DNA of 64,000 nucleotides from the NCBI GenBank assembly GCA_934725685.1, contig CAKVBX010000005.1, positions 2,802-66,801 on the forward strand, given 5' to 3'. The notes under the pieces were generated by a model. That model saw only the letters and a list, made by a program, of their open reading frames with translations, ran no database searches and was not told where the DNA came from. The position numbers were made by a program, and so were the translations under genes. Positions within the stretch are counted from its first letter, which is position 1; every line of letters starts with the position of its first letter. Below are positions 35,810 to 45,826 of the stretch, in pieces. This DNA is from an uncultured Bacilli bacterium. Its GTDB lineage: Bacteria > Bacillota_I > Bacilli_A > RFN20 > CAG-288.

Positions 35810-38341
35810 TTAGTAGAGGCGGATATTCATATCGGACTCTGTGATTTCGGATCGGCTGAGATCAAATTCGAGTACCAGGTTGGTTCCGATTTCGTAGGCT
35901 TTTTCGCTTTCGAGGAAGAGAGACTGAATCTGTCCGTTGTCATCCGTATAGCTCGAACGGAGATAATAACGGTCTCCGTAGTCGAGAATCGATTCGACGG
36001 TGACCTTGAAGCCGTCGCCATCTTCCTTGATGGTGTAGGCGTCATGCGGGATGTCGACACGGAACCGGCGGGTGAAAACACGGGTACCGAGACCCTGGAT
36101 GAGCTTGTTGGAGATGATGTCCGTGAGCAGGACATAGTGTCCGCCGTCGAACTGGAAGAAGAAGACAAAGCCCGCCTTCTTTTCTGCTTCTGCTCTCTTG
36201 TTCTTCAGAACCTTGATTTTTTCTTCATGGTCCTTAGAAAGGGCACGTTCCGGATTGGTGGCGACCTTGACCTCTCTCTTCTTTTCCTTGATTTCCTTCT
36301 TCAGGAGGTCGATGGAGCGGTTGGCTTCGCTCTTTTCCTTGCTGAGTGCTGTCTCATAGTCCTGAATCATGCCGTTGAGGATGCGGTTGATGGTGTTGTC
36401 CTTGTCAGTCTGGAAGTTGTCTCGGAAGATATGGTATTCATCCGTTCTTCTCTTTCTGGTGGCTTTATCCCTGTTGTTCTCCAGGAATTCCTTGTATTCC
36501 CTCTCTTCCTTTTCCTTCTTTTCCCGGAAGAGATTGTCGTTTTTGCTCTTGGCCTCCTTCTTAGCCTGTTCGAATTCCTTCTTGAGTTCAGTGAGCTTCT
36601 CTTTTTCGTTCTTCTTCAGATCGGCGATTTTCCGGTTGTTTGTTTCCGTCAGCGTTCTAAGCTCCTCTTTCTTGCTGGAAAGGACGGCGGCATGGTCCTG
36701 ACTCTGGAGGTCATGAAGCTTCTCTTCATAATTCTTGTCTTCGAGTGCGATTTCGGCACTGACATAATCGGAGGCTGCTTTGATCTTGTCCTCACGATAC
36801 TTTGTAAACTCGGCATTGTTGGTTTCTGCCATAACGGTCTCATAATTGAAAAAATTGGCATGGAAGGCATCCTTGGAACCTAACGGAACGATGATATCGA
36901 TACCATCGTGACGATAGGTGATGCGGGTGAAGTCGAAAGTGACATGGACTTCCCTGCCTTCCTCCATCTCCTTGTCGGAGAGGGCAAAGAAGACACGGCC
37001 GCCACATTCGAGGTGAATGAGTTTCGTGCCGGAAATGTCCTCGGTGAAAAGCACTTTGGCTGGAAGACCTTCCTCTCGGAAGAGGACGGCATCCACCGGA
37101 ACCTGGAGCTCGCCGTCACGGAAGTCACCGGAGACTAAGGCGTGAGGGAGCGTTAGACTCTCGGAAAGCAGGGAAAGCCTGTTTCCCTTGATGCTGGCCC
37201 GGAAGGAGTTGTACTGTGGAATGCGAGGGAGAATGGTCTCCTCGGTTTCCTTGTCGAAGAAATAGGTCTTGTCGAAATCGAAGAGGACCTGAATGGTCTC
37301 TCCGACCTTGAGATTCCCGATTTCGCGGACACGGATGATGATTTCCTTGCCGTCTTCCTTGGCGAGATTGCCATAGATGAGGCATTCGTTTCCGAGTTCC
37401 TCGAAGTGGGAGATGACAACTGGGAGAGAATCTTCTCTCTTCGTATCGACGATGCTGATGTTTTCGGAACGGACACCGAGGGTCAGGGCGTGCTTGCCGT
37501 CGAGATAGGAAGGAAGTGCCTTGATGAGACGGTTGTAGTCAATCCGGATATCGTCATCCAGGCCTTCGACTTTCATATGGACCGTCTCTCCATCTCTTTC
37601 CAGGGTGCAGGGGAGGAAATTCATCTGCGGCGTGCCGATGAAGCCGGCGACGAAGATGTTTTCCGGATAGTTGTAAAGATTCTTCGGAGTGTCAACCTGC
37701 TGGATGCGTCCACCCTTCATGACGACGACACGGTCGCCTAAGGTCATGGCCTCGGTCTGGTCGTGGGTGACGTAGATGAAGGTCGTCTTCAGTTTCTGAT
37801 GTAGCTTTGCGATTTCCGTTCTCATCTGGGCACGGAGTTTGGCGTCGAGGTTGGAGAGCGGCTCATCGAGGAGCATGACCTTCGGATCGCGCAGGATAGC
37901 GCGTCCTAAAGAGACACGCTGTCTCTGACCGCCGGACATGTTTCTCGGCTTTTTGTCGAGATAATCCTTGATACCGAGGATATCGGCAGCCCAAAGGACC
38001 TTTTCCTGGATGACATCTTCCGGTACATGGCGTAAGCGGAGACCGAAGGCCATGTTTTCATAGACGGTCATGTGCGGATAAAGGGCATAGTTCTGGAAAA
38101 CCATGGCGATATCTCTGTCCTTCGGCTCCATGTCGTTGACAATGGTAGAATCGATGTAGAGCTCACCGGCGGTGATTTCCTCGAGTCCGGCAATCATGCG
38201 GAGAGTCGTACTCTTACCGCAACCGGAAGGACCGACGAAGACGATGAATTCTCCGTTCTTGATGTCGAGGGAGAAGTCGTTGACGGCTTTGGTGCCGTTA
38301 GGATAGACTTTGTAAATGTGTTCTAGTTTCAGATTTGCCAT
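35810..38341 (-). CDS. msmK: MsmK/MalK-type sugar ABC ATPase with ~470-aa C-terminal extension
   Basis: 843 aa. Residues 1-370 form a canonical NBD (GPSGCGKST, SGGQRQR, LLDEPLS) plus a TOBE-type regulatory domain. Residues 375-480 are a second TOBE-like module, ~510-722 a K/E-rich heptad-like region, and 723-843 a third beta-rich module. Confidence 0.85.
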   Translation of the reverse strand: MANLKLEHIYKVYPNGTKAVNDFSLDIKNGEFIVFVGPSGCGKSTTLRMIAGLEEITAGELYIDSTIVNDMEPKDRDIAMVFQNYALYPHMTVYENMAFGLRLRHVPEDVIQEKVLWAADILGIKDYLDKKPRNMSGGQRQRVSLGRAILRDPKVMLLDEPLSNLDAKLRAQMRTEIAKLHQKLKTTFIYVTHDQTEAMTLGDRVVVMKGGRIQQVDTPKNLYNYPENIFVAGFIGTPQMNFLPCTLERDGETVHMKVEGLDDDIRIDYNRLIKALPSYLDGKHALTLGVRSENISIVDTKREDSLPVVISHFEELGNECLIYGNLAKEDGKEIIIRVREIGNLKVGETIQVLFDFDKTYFFDKETEETILPRIPQYNSFRASIKGNRLSLLSESLTLPHALVSGDFRDGELQVPVDAVLFREEGLPAKVLFTEDISGTKLIHLECGGRVFFALSDKEMEEGREVHVTFDFTRITYRHDGIDIIVPLGSKDAFHANFFNYETVMAETNNAEFTKYREDKIKAASDYVSAEIALEDKNYEEKLHDLQSQDHAAVLSSKKEELRTLTETNNRKIADLKKNEKEKLTELKKEFEQAKKEAKSKNDNLFREKKEKEEREYKEFLENNRDKATRKRRTDEYHIFRDNFQTDKDNTINRILNGMIQDYETALSKEKSEANRSIDLLKKEIKEKKREVKVATNPERALSKDHEEKIKVLKNKRAEAEKKAGFVFFFQFDGGHYVLLTDIISNKLIQGLGTRVFTRRFRVDIPHDAYTIKEDGDGFKVTVESILDYGDRYYLRSSYTDDNGQIQSLFLESEKAYEIGTNLVLEFDLSRSEITESDMNIRLY

Positions 38342-38356
38342 AAAGCTAATTCTCCT

Positions 38357-40030
38357 TTATAGACCCAGGATGGCGATGGCGTAGCTCGGTAGGGTCAGTG
38401 TATTGTCGTGAAGTCTCGCAGTGGTCTTCTTGTCGGCTGTCAGCACATATTTGACGGTTTCGTTTTCTGTAAGCATATAATCTTCTTCGTTCATGGAAGA
38501 GAAGTTGAAGAGCAGTTTGTAGGTCTTCCTTCCGTATTTCTTAAGGAGAGGAAGAATGTTGCACTTGGAGCTGTCGAGGAGTTTCTGATCCGACTCGGAA
38601 AGCGCATCTTTCATCGTTCCTCGGGCTAAGAACGGATAGGAATTCCTGAGGGTGTTCACCTCTTTCACATAGGAGAGAAGCGAATCGGGATCGTTTCTCT
38701 GGGTTTCGGCGGCAGGATAGTTCTGAGGCTGGGCGAGGGAATTGGGGACATTTTGACATTCCATATCATGCGTCTCATCGTTCCAGTAATAATGGGTGCG
38801 ATAATTGCTGTCCTCATAATTATTGTTGCTCTTCTTCGTACTTGCCATGCCGATTTCATCCCCGTAATAGTGGAAGGTCGTTCCGCCGAGCATTCCGAGG
38901 AGCCCGAGGGTGAACTTGTTCTGATAGCGGTAGTTCTCCGAGAAGGAGACTCTGCTCATATCATGATTGTCTAGGAAGGGAGCAGCGATTCCGTTCTTGC
39001 AATCTTCTTCCATGGCTAAGGCGCCACGGTAATAGATGCCTTTGAGTTTTCCTTCGTTGTTGGAGGAACTCGTGAGGAAGCTGCCTGAACCAGAGGCAGA
39101 GAAGTAGAAGAAGGAATCCATGCCGCTGTCATAGAACTGCCGGATTGTATTGTCATTGTCCCAGCACTCCCCGACAAGATAGGAATTCGGATTGATTTCC
39201 TTGGCTACGCTGTTGAGGCGGGAGAGGATTTCCACATTCTTCGCATTGTCGCCTAAGGCGTAGTACTTGACGGCATCGAGACGGAAGCCGTCGACACCGA
39301 TGTCGGGGGAAAGATAGTAATCCATCACTTCTTTAATCTTGGTGTAGGTGTACTCGCTGTCGAAGTTGAACTCCGGCATATTGTCCGAAAAGTTGCATTC
39401 GTAGTAGAAATCGTTTCCGCCGGCTTTCGAATAGCGTTTTCCGGACTTCTGCGCTTCTTCTAGGCTGTCATAGAAGGTGTAGAGAGATGCGTAATCTGCT
39501 TCTTCTTTGCTGAGTGTCTCGTGATTGACGGCCTTGCGTTTTGCTAGAAGCGCCTGTTCGAACCAGGGATTGGCATAGGAGGAATGGTTGAAGACACCGT
39601 CGAGGATGACTTTGATGTTTCTCTTATGTGCCTCTTTCACAAGGTCCTTTAAGTCTTCCATCGTTCCGAAAGAGGAATCGATGCTAAAGTAATCGTTGAT
39701 ATCGTATTTGTGATAACTCGAAGAGGCGAAGATCGGAGTGAGCCAAATTCCGGTATATCCGTTCTCCGCAAGAAAAGGGAGCTTTGCCTTGATCCCATTC
39801 AGATCTCCGACGCCGTCTTTGTTGCTGTCTGCATAGGAGGCGACGAAGATTTCGTAATAGTTCCGGTAATTGTCAGATAGGACAGAGGGGCTTAGGACTT
39901 CGTTTACGACGGCATCCTCGATATTGCCAGTCGTTTCGGTGCTTTTCGCCGTGCCATCCGTAGTCCCTGTGTTTCCACAGGAAGCGAGAACAGCAACGCT
40001 GAGAAGGGAGAGAAAGAAATGCTTTTTCAT
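38357..40030 (-). CDS. GH13 alpha-amylase-family lipoprotein
   Basis: 557 aa. Lipobox VLASC. GH13 regions VILDGVFNHS, GVDGFRLDAVKY, YLVGECWD, FLDNHDMSR. Confidence 0.88.
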   Translation of the reverse strand: MKKHFFLSLLSVAVLASCGNTGTTDGTAKSTETTGNIEDAVVNEVLSPSVLSDNYRNYYEIFVASYADSNKDGVGDLNGIKAKLPFLAENGYTGIWLTPIFASSSYHKYDINDYFSIDSSFGTMEDLKDLVKEAHKRNIKVILDGVFNHSSYANPWFEQALLAKRKAVNHETLSKEEADYASLYTFYDSLEEAQKSGKRYSKAGGNDFYYECNFSDNMPEFNFDSEYTYTKIKEVMDYYLSPDIGVDGFRLDAVKYYALGDNAKNVEILSRLNSVAKEINPNSYLVGECWDNDNTIRQFYDSGMDSFFYFSASGSGSFLTSSSNNEGKLKGIYYRGALAMEEDCKNGIAAPFLDNHDMSRVSFSENYRYQNKFTLGLLGMLGGTTFHYYGDEIGMASTKKSNNNYEDSNYRTHYYWNDETHDMECQNVPNSLAQPQNYPAAETQRNDPDSLLSYVKEVNTLRNSYPFLARGTMKDALSESDQKLLDSSKCNILPLLKKYGRKTYKLLFNFSSMNEEDYMLTENETVKYVLTADKKTTARLHDNTLTLPSYAIAILGL

Positions 40031-40031
40031 A

Positions 40032-40937
40032 TCAGCCTTTCACGGCACCGCCGGTGATTCCTTCGACGTAGTACTTTTGGAGCCAGAAGAAGAGAATCAT
40101 GATCGGAATGGAGACGACGACACCGCCGGCACAGAAGACCGGGAAGTATTCGGTCTTGGTCTCGAGTGTCGTGATCATCTTTTGCATTCCGACGGCGACG
40201 GTTCTCGCCGTGTCATTTCCGCCGGCGAGATAGGAAGGAAGCATGAAGTCACCCCAAGGGGCGGTAAAGGTGATGAGGAGGGTATAGACAACAATCGGTT
40301 TGGATAAGGGCATGATGACCTTGAAGAAGATGGTGTTCTTGTTCGCACCGTCGATCATGGCCGCCTCATCCAGGGACTTTGGAATCGTATCGAAGAAGCC
40401 CTTGGCGATGTAGTACTGCATGGCGGAGCCGCCGATGTAGATGAGGATGAGAGAGAAGACGTTGCCGCTGAGGCCGATGAGCTTGAGGATGAAGTAGATG
40501 ATGAGCATGCTTAGGAAGCCCGGGAACATACCAAGAAGGAGAATGAGCTTCATAAGCGGTTTTCTGAGTGTGAAGCGGAGACGGGAGAAGGCGTAGGAGG
40601 TTCCTAAGACCATGACTGTCTCGATGAGACAGGAGACGGTGGAGATGATAAGGGTGTTGAGGTACCAGTTTCCGAAGTGATAATACGGGGAATTGAAGAG
40701 TTTGATGTAGTTGTTGAAGGTCCAGACCGGAGCGCCGATGGCAAGGTTCTCTTCGGTCGGAAGAACAGGAAGGAAGTAACGGCTTGAGGAGACGCTGGCA
40801 AAGGACTGGCCGAGCAGGTAGACAAAGGGAACGAGCCACACGATGGAGAGGATGATTAAGAAAAGGTAGATGAATGCATTTCTGGTCATCAATGCTCTTT
40901 TGTGGGAACGGTAATTCTTTTTCTTTGTTTGTTCCAT
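40032..40937 (-). CDS. malG: Sugar ABC permease (MalG-like)
   Basis: 301 aa, 6 TM helices. EAA loop SLDEAAMIDGANKNTIFFKVIMP. Confidence 0.85.
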   Translation of the reverse strand: MEQTKKKNYRSHKRALMTRNAFIYLFLIILSIVWLVPFVYLLGQSFASVSSSRYFLPVLPTEENLAIGAPVWTFNNYIKLFNSPYYHFGNWYLNTLIISTVSCLIETVMVLGTSYAFSRLRFTLRKPLMKLILLLGMFPGFLSMLIIYFILKLIGLSGNVFSLILIYIGGSAMQYYIAKGFFDTIPKSLDEAAMIDGANKNTIFFKVIMPLSKPIVVYTLLITFTAPWGDFMLPSYLAGGNDTARTVAVGMQKMITTLETKTEYFPVFCAGGVVVSIPIMILFFWLQKYYVEGITGGAVKG

Positions 40938-40939
40938 AA

Positions 40940-42514
40940 TTACTGGAAAGCCTCCTCGTCTTTGACGGAACCGCTTCTGTTGTAGAAGATGAGAGAGAAG
41001 AAGGCGACGACGGCGAAGATCATGATGCCGAGAACAGAAGCCATACCATAGTCATAACTCTTATTCGTCGTGATTTTATAGATCCATGTAATCAGTAAGT
41101 CTGTGTTACCGACACTGGAGTCGCGGATGATACTGGGGACATTGGCGGTCGTGAAGGTGAAGACTGGTCCGCCGCCGGAGAGAAGATAGATGACGTTGAA
41201 GTTATTGATGTTGCCGACGAACTGGGAAATGAGGTAAGGGCCGGTGACGAAGAGCATATAAGGAAGGGTGATTTTAAAGTACATCTTCGCTGGGCTTGCT
41301 CCGTCGATTCTTGCCGACTCATAGAGGTCTTCCGGAATGTTCATGAGAAGACCGGTACAGATAAGCATCGTATAGGGAATGCCGACCCAGGTGTTGACCA
41401 AGATGATTGTCACCTTGGCGAGAATCGGATCCGAGAGCCATTTGATCGGGCCGGAAATCCATCCCCAGGACAGGAGTAGGTTGTTAATGATGCCGGAATC
41501 GGCAAACATCTGGGAAATGATTAGGAGAGAGACGAATTGCGGGACCGCAATCGTGGTGATCAGAATCGTTCTCCAGAGCTTTTTCAGATGGATTCCCTTG
41601 GTGTTGATGATCATGGCGACAATCATGCCGAGGAAATAGTTGGAGAATGTCGCAAAAAAAGCCCAAATCAAAGTCCAGAGCAGGACTTTTCCGAAAGTCT
41701 GCAAGAAGATGGTGGAAGAACCTGACAGGGTGTTGGCAGAGAAGAGAGTCTCAAGATTGTAGAATCCGACCCAGTCAAAGAGCTTGGCATTCGGCTCGTG
41801 CATGTAGTCATAGTTGGTGAAGGCGATGACCACCATCATGATGATCGGGAAGATGGTGAAGACCGCAAGGCATCCAATCGGGACAAAGAGCAGGGTTTTG
41901 TCATAGCTCTTGTCGAAGATATTCTTCACGGTCTGGTTATCCGAAGCATAACGGCCGATTTCTTCCTTGTCCTGTAGCTCCTTACTGTCCCGAATCTGGT
42001 TATACCAGAGGAAGACGAAGATGAGCATAAGGCAGATGGTCAGTAACGAGTAAAGAAGAATTGTGAAGGAATTGTCATAGTAGACACTCGCCGTGATGTC
42101 AATCAACCCGTCAATCGTGGCATAAGAACCGCCAGCTACGGTTCCTAAAGATCCCAATTGCGCAAGAGAAGGAACACCGATGACAACCAAGAATGCCGCA
42201 AAGGCAACTTCAAACAGAAAATAAAAAATACCACGGAGAATCTGTCTCCGCGTCACAAGGCCGAAGCCCATGAGCAGGAAGGATAGACGCGTTTTGTAGT
42301 CTCCTTCCTTCATCGCGAGGAAGAGGTTATGGAAAATGCCTAGGAACCCTTTTGTATTTTTCCTTGTCTTGGTTTTGATGCTTCTTGCCTTCATCTTGCA
42401 TTTCTTCGGAATATCGGTGAAGAAATGGGTAAAACGATAAAGAATCTTCCGCGGTTTGCTTAAGGAAAGATACTCTAGCTGGCTTACCTGAACAGTTGAA
42501 TCCGATTGTGCCAT
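40940..42514 (-). CDS. malF: Sugar ABC permease (MalF-like) with extended N-terminus
   Basis: 524 aa. EAA loop DLYESARIDGASPAKMYFKITLP. Confidence 0.8.
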   Translation of the reverse strand: MAQSDSTVQVSQLEYLSLSKPRKILYRFTHFFTDIPKKCKMKARSIKTKTRKNTKGFLGIFHNLFLAMKEGDYKTRLSFLLMGFGLVTRRQILRGIFYFLFEVAFAAFLVVIGVPSLAQLGSLGTVAGGSYATIDGLIDITASVYYDNSFTILLYSLLTICLMLIFVFLWYNQIRDSKELQDKEEIGRYASDNQTVKNIFDKSYDKTLLFVPIGCLAVFTIFPIIMMVVIAFTNYDYMHEPNAKLFDWVGFYNLETLFSANTLSGSSTIFLQTFGKVLLWTLIWAFFATFSNYFLGMIVAMIINTKGIHLKKLWRTILITTIAVPQFVSLLIISQMFADSGIINNLLLSWGWISGPIKWLSDPILAKVTIILVNTWVGIPYTMLICTGLLMNIPEDLYESARIDGASPAKMYFKITLPYMLFVTGPYLISQFVGNINNFNVIYLLSGGGPVFTFTTANVPSIIRDSSVGNTDLLITWIYKITTNKSYDYGMASVLGIMIFAVVAFFSLIFYNRSGSVKDEEAFQ

Positions 42515-42570
42515 GTTCGTCTTTCTCCTTCTTTTTCTTATAAATTACGGAACGGATGTTATCAATTATA

Positions 42571-42607
42571 AAACAACAGAAGGAGAGCAGGGGTGGCCCT
42601 GCTCTCC
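42571..42607 (-). terminator. Intra-operon terminator/attenuator after the binding-protein gene
   Basis: 11-bp perfect stem GGAGAGCAGGG-GTGG-CCCTGCTCTCC, followed on the minus strand by TTCTGTTGTTTTAT. Confidence 0.6.
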
Positions 42608-42630
42608 TAAGACTATATATTTCGGATGGT

Positions 42631-43905
42631 TTACTTGGAAGTGGCGATGGTGTCAGCGAAGGTCTTCATGATGGTCTGATAGTCAGGATTTTCTGCCTTG
42701 AGGGCTTCAACGGCGGTTCCGGCACCGGTCCAGATGTTGCCAGGGACAACAGTCTGCGGGACGGAATAGGCAGCCTGATCGGCAAGTGCCTTGACAAGAC
42801 CGTTCTGCTGAACCTTGTCGAGCGCCTTGACGGCTTTCTGGGTTGGAACGACGTTGAGGGCATCGAATCTGGCTTCCTGGACTTCATCAGAGACTAAGGC
42901 GAGGGTGAGGGTGTGGAGGAGAGAGAGTCTCTTGGTGTCCTGAGCGGACTTCTTCGGGTTGACGCCATAGAGCTTGTAGCCTAAGAAGGAAGCAAGGTTG
43001 GCAGTCTGTCCTTCGACGGTGATGGTCGGAAGTTTGCAGGCACCGAGTTTATCCCCAAGCTGATCGGAGAAGGACTTATAGTTCCAGGAGCCTTCGACAA
43101 CAGCGCCGTAGCCGTTGGCAGCGGTCGGAGCTTTGTTTCTGGCACCGTCGTTGGTGATGTCGACGTTCTTGTTCAGAGCGAGCTGGTTGACGGCCTTGGC
43201 ACCGAGGATGCCCTTTTCGCCATCGAAGTCGCTGGAAGCGGACTTGAAGGTTCCGTCAGCATTGAAAGAAACGTTGTATCTTGCACCGAAGCTCATGAAG
43301 GTTCCGATGGAGAAGAAGGTGGAATTGGTATCGAGCGCATAACCGAATTTCTGTCCCTTGGCCTGACAGGCTTCGAGAATGCCTTCGACAGACTTTGCCT
43401 GTTCAGCGGAGACGACATCCTTGTTGTAGTAGAGGAAGTATCCGTTGTCACCGGCATAAGGATAACCATAGTAGGAATCGCCGAGGATGGCGGCATTGGT
43501 GGCTTCCGTACCCATGCCTTCATTCATCTTTGCAACGTAGGCGCTGGGTACTTCGGCAAGGGCACCGACCTTATAAAGGTCACCGGTTTTATCGGAAGCA
43601 TAACCATAGATGTCCGGAGCTCCGGCAGCAGTCCAGTCGGTGATGTCAGTCGCCTTATCTTCGCCGACTTCATACATTTCGACGGTGACTTTCTTGTAGC
43701 CTTCCTTGGCAAGCCAGCTTTCGGCCTGTTCCTTGACGAAGGCCTTCTGTGTAGCAGAAGCACCGATGACGATGTTGGTTTCGTAAGAAGCTTTTTCATC
43801 CTCAGTGGCAGGAGCATCAGTCGGTTTGGCTGTGTCCGTGCTGTTTCCGCAGCCGACAAGAAGGAGAGAAATTCCTAAAAGCGAAACTAATTTTGATCTT
43901 TTCAT
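42631..43905 (-). CDS. malE: Maltodextrin/sugar ABC substrate-binding lipoprotein
   Basis: 424 aa. Lipobox LLLVGC. Family-1 SBP-like sequence. Sits between malQ and malFG. Confidence 0.8.
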   Translation of the reverse strand: MKRSKLVSLLGISLLLVGCGNSTDTAKPTDAPATEDEKASYETNIVIGASATQKAFVKEQAESWLAKEGYKKVTVEMYEVGEDKATDITDWTAAGAPDIYGYASDKTGDLYKVGALAEVPSAYVAKMNEGMGTEATNAAILGDSYYGYPYAGDNGYFLYYNKDVVSAEQAKSVEGILEACQAKGQKFGYALDTNSTFFSIGTFMSFGARYNVSFNADGTFKSASSDFDGEKGILGAKAVNQLALNKNVDITNDGARNKAPTAANGYGAVVEGSWNYKSFSDQLGDKLGACKLPTITVEGQTANLASFLGYKLYGVNPKKSAQDTKRLSLLHTLTLALVSDEVQEARFDALNVVPTQKAVKALDKVQQNGLVKALADQAAYSVPQTVVPGNIWTGAGTAVEALKAENPDYQTIMKTFADTIATSK

Positions 43906-43972
43906 AATATGTTTTACCCCCTATTTGAATGGATCACGAAACAAATATTCCAGAAGCGGTTGCTTCTTAGAA

Positions 43973-45496
43973 TCAGTCACAGCGGCCGAAGCGGCGGTTC
44001 AGTTCCCTGAGTCGCTGGGCATTGAGAGGAGAGAGATCTTCCTCCGTCACACGGTAACGCCAGTTCTGACCGACGGTTCCCGGTGTGTTGATGCGGGCCT
44101 CATTGCCCTGGAAGAGAAGATCCGGCATCGCCTGGATGGCAACGTTGCTTAAGGAAGCAAGATTGAGTTCCAGGAGTGCCTCCACTTGTCCGTGGATGTC
44201 CTCTGCGTCGACTTCCTGAACACCGAAGTGGTGACAGGAACGGTTGATTTCCTCTACGACGTTTTTCCTTTCCTCTGGGGACATGTCCTCTAAGTAACCT
44301 CTTAAGGGTTTACAGTCATGTGTCGTAGTGAAGGAATAGCAGGTGTAGGGAAAGTTGTTGGGTTTGTTGAAGTTTTCCTTGGGCCTTGGATAACCGAACT
44401 CCAGGACTCTGGTGTCATCGATCCGAAGCGCTTCTAAGACATCCCTCAGTTCCTTAGAGGAATAATCCACGTCCTCGGCGACGATGCGGCTTTTGTCTTC
44501 GACGAAGGAATCGACGACATTCATCCCTTCCGACTTCACGAACTCTCCGACCAAGCCGTCTTTTCTTCCATTCGGAATCTGATAGGTCTCCAGATAACCG
44601 CGGAAATGGTCGAGGAAGACGATATCATAGAGTCCGTAGCAGAAATTGAGACGATCCTTCAGGAAGCGGTAGTTGTTCTTCTTCATCTGCTCGAAGTTGT
44701 AAACCGGAGTTCCCCAGGCCTGACCTTCCGCATAGAAGATATCCGGCGGGTAACCGGCGACAACATCCATCTGGGAAGAACTGTTGAGTAGGAAGTTCCT
44801 ATGGTGTTTGTAGACATCGATGGAATCGAAGCTGACATGCATCGGCATGACACCGATAATCTTGATTCCTTTTTCCTCGGCGTAGGATTTCAACGATTCC
44901 CACTGACGGAGGAAGATGTACTGCGTCCACTCATAGAATTCGACTTCGTCCTTATAGTCCTTCTTCAGAGTCTGAAAGATTTTCAGAGAATAGGTTCGGA
45001 ACTCTTCGCTGTACTCGTTCCAGGCTTTGTCTCCGTTCTGTTCCTTCAGAACACGGAAACAGGCGTAATCGGTGAACTGATGTTTTCTTTGGAAGGAAGT
45101 GTAACCTCTCTGGTAATCTCCTTTTCCCTTCTTGAATCTCTTGAAGGCGATTTTCAGGACTCTGGTTCGATTGCTATAGATCTTGGAGTAATCGATTCTC
45201 CTGGGGTCGTCACCCCAGTCGATGGAACAGAGATCTTTTCGCTTCAACAGATCCTTTTCAATCAGATCCTCGAAGTCGATGAAGTAGTGATTCAAGGCGC
45301 GGCTAGAAAGACTCTGGAACGGCGAATCACCGAAGGACGTCGGCCCGAGTGGCAGAATGGACCAGTAGGAGAAACCGGATTCGGAAAGGAAATCGATGAA
45401 TTTCTTCGCGGATTTTCCGATGTCTCCGATTCCGTAGGGACTCGGCAAGGAGAAGATTGGAAGGGATACCCCACTGGATCTGAATTTTTTGTTCAT
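43973..45496 (-). CDS. malQ: 4-alpha-glucanotransferase (amylomaltase, GH77)
   Basis: 507 aa. GVSLPIFSLPSPYGIGDIG N-terminus. VFLDHFRG and GTTHDCKPL-type blocks. Confidence 0.9.
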   Translation of the reverse strand: MNKKFRSSGVSLPIFSLPSPYGIGDIGKSAKKFIDFLSESGFSYWSILPLGPTSFGDSPFQSLSSRALNHYFIDFEDLIEKDLLKRKDLCSIDWGDDPRRIDYSKIYSNRTRVLKIAFKRFKKGKGDYQRGYTSFQRKHQFTDYACFRVLKEQNGDKAWNEYSEEFRTYSLKIFQTLKKDYKDEVEFYEWTQYIFLRQWESLKSYAEEKGIKIIGVMPMHVSFDSIDVYKHHRNFLLNSSSQMDVVAGYPPDIFYAEGQAWGTPVYNFEQMKKNNYRFLKDRLNFCYGLYDIVFLDHFRGYLETYQIPNGRKDGLVGEFVKSEGMNVVDSFVEDKSRIVAEDVDYSSKELRDVLEALRIDDTRVLEFGYPRPKENFNKPNNFPYTCYSFTTTHDCKPLRGYLEDMSPEERKNVVEEINRSCHHFGVQEVDAEDIHGQVEALLELNLASLSNVAIQAMPDLLFQGNEARINTPGTVGQNWRYRVTEEDLSPLNAQRLRELNRRFGRCD

Positions 45497-45500
45497 GTTT

Positions 45501-45514
45501 TCTAACCGCTTACA
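45501..45514 (-). promoter_or_regulatory. cre-like (CcpA-type) palindrome abutting the malQ start
   Basis: The minus strand reads TGTAAGCGGTTAGA, against the consensus TGWAANCGNTNWCA (1 mismatch). It ends 4 nt upstream of the ATG. Confidence 0.4.
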
Positions 45515-45826
45515 ATTTTAGTATCCCGGCTATCAAATATCAACTAATGGAATTGAATTTCTTCTATTTTCATTCTTATGTGAAAAATAAAATATATCGG
45601 AGATTAAGCTGATTTCTCTAATTAAAATGCTTGCCGAACAATGTTTCATCAAATTGTCGTTTTACCATCTTTTAAAAAATTTATCCATTAAATGGAATAG
45701 ACCGTAACCACAAAAATCAAATTGCAAACCGATATTTTTCTAAAAAACGATTGAAAAATACCGAAAAATCATGACTTTTAGAAATATTGAAAAAATAGAG
45801 CGGTTACATGAAGATTAAAATTAATT

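Noticed and set aside
36369-36701. Ser/Leu/Phe-rich alternative-frame ORFs (36369-36701 plus strand, 35827-36168 and 36649-36870 minus strand) within msmK.
   Set aside because: They overlap the low-complexity K/E coiled-coil coding region. The repetitive AAG/GAA codons create open alternative frames, and there are no independent expression signals.
40366-40839. 157-aa His/Pro/Arg-rich ORF in an alternative frame of malG. Similar ORFs lie at 43395-43643 and 61248-61469.
   Set aside because: The composition is implausible and they are fully nested in well-supported genes.
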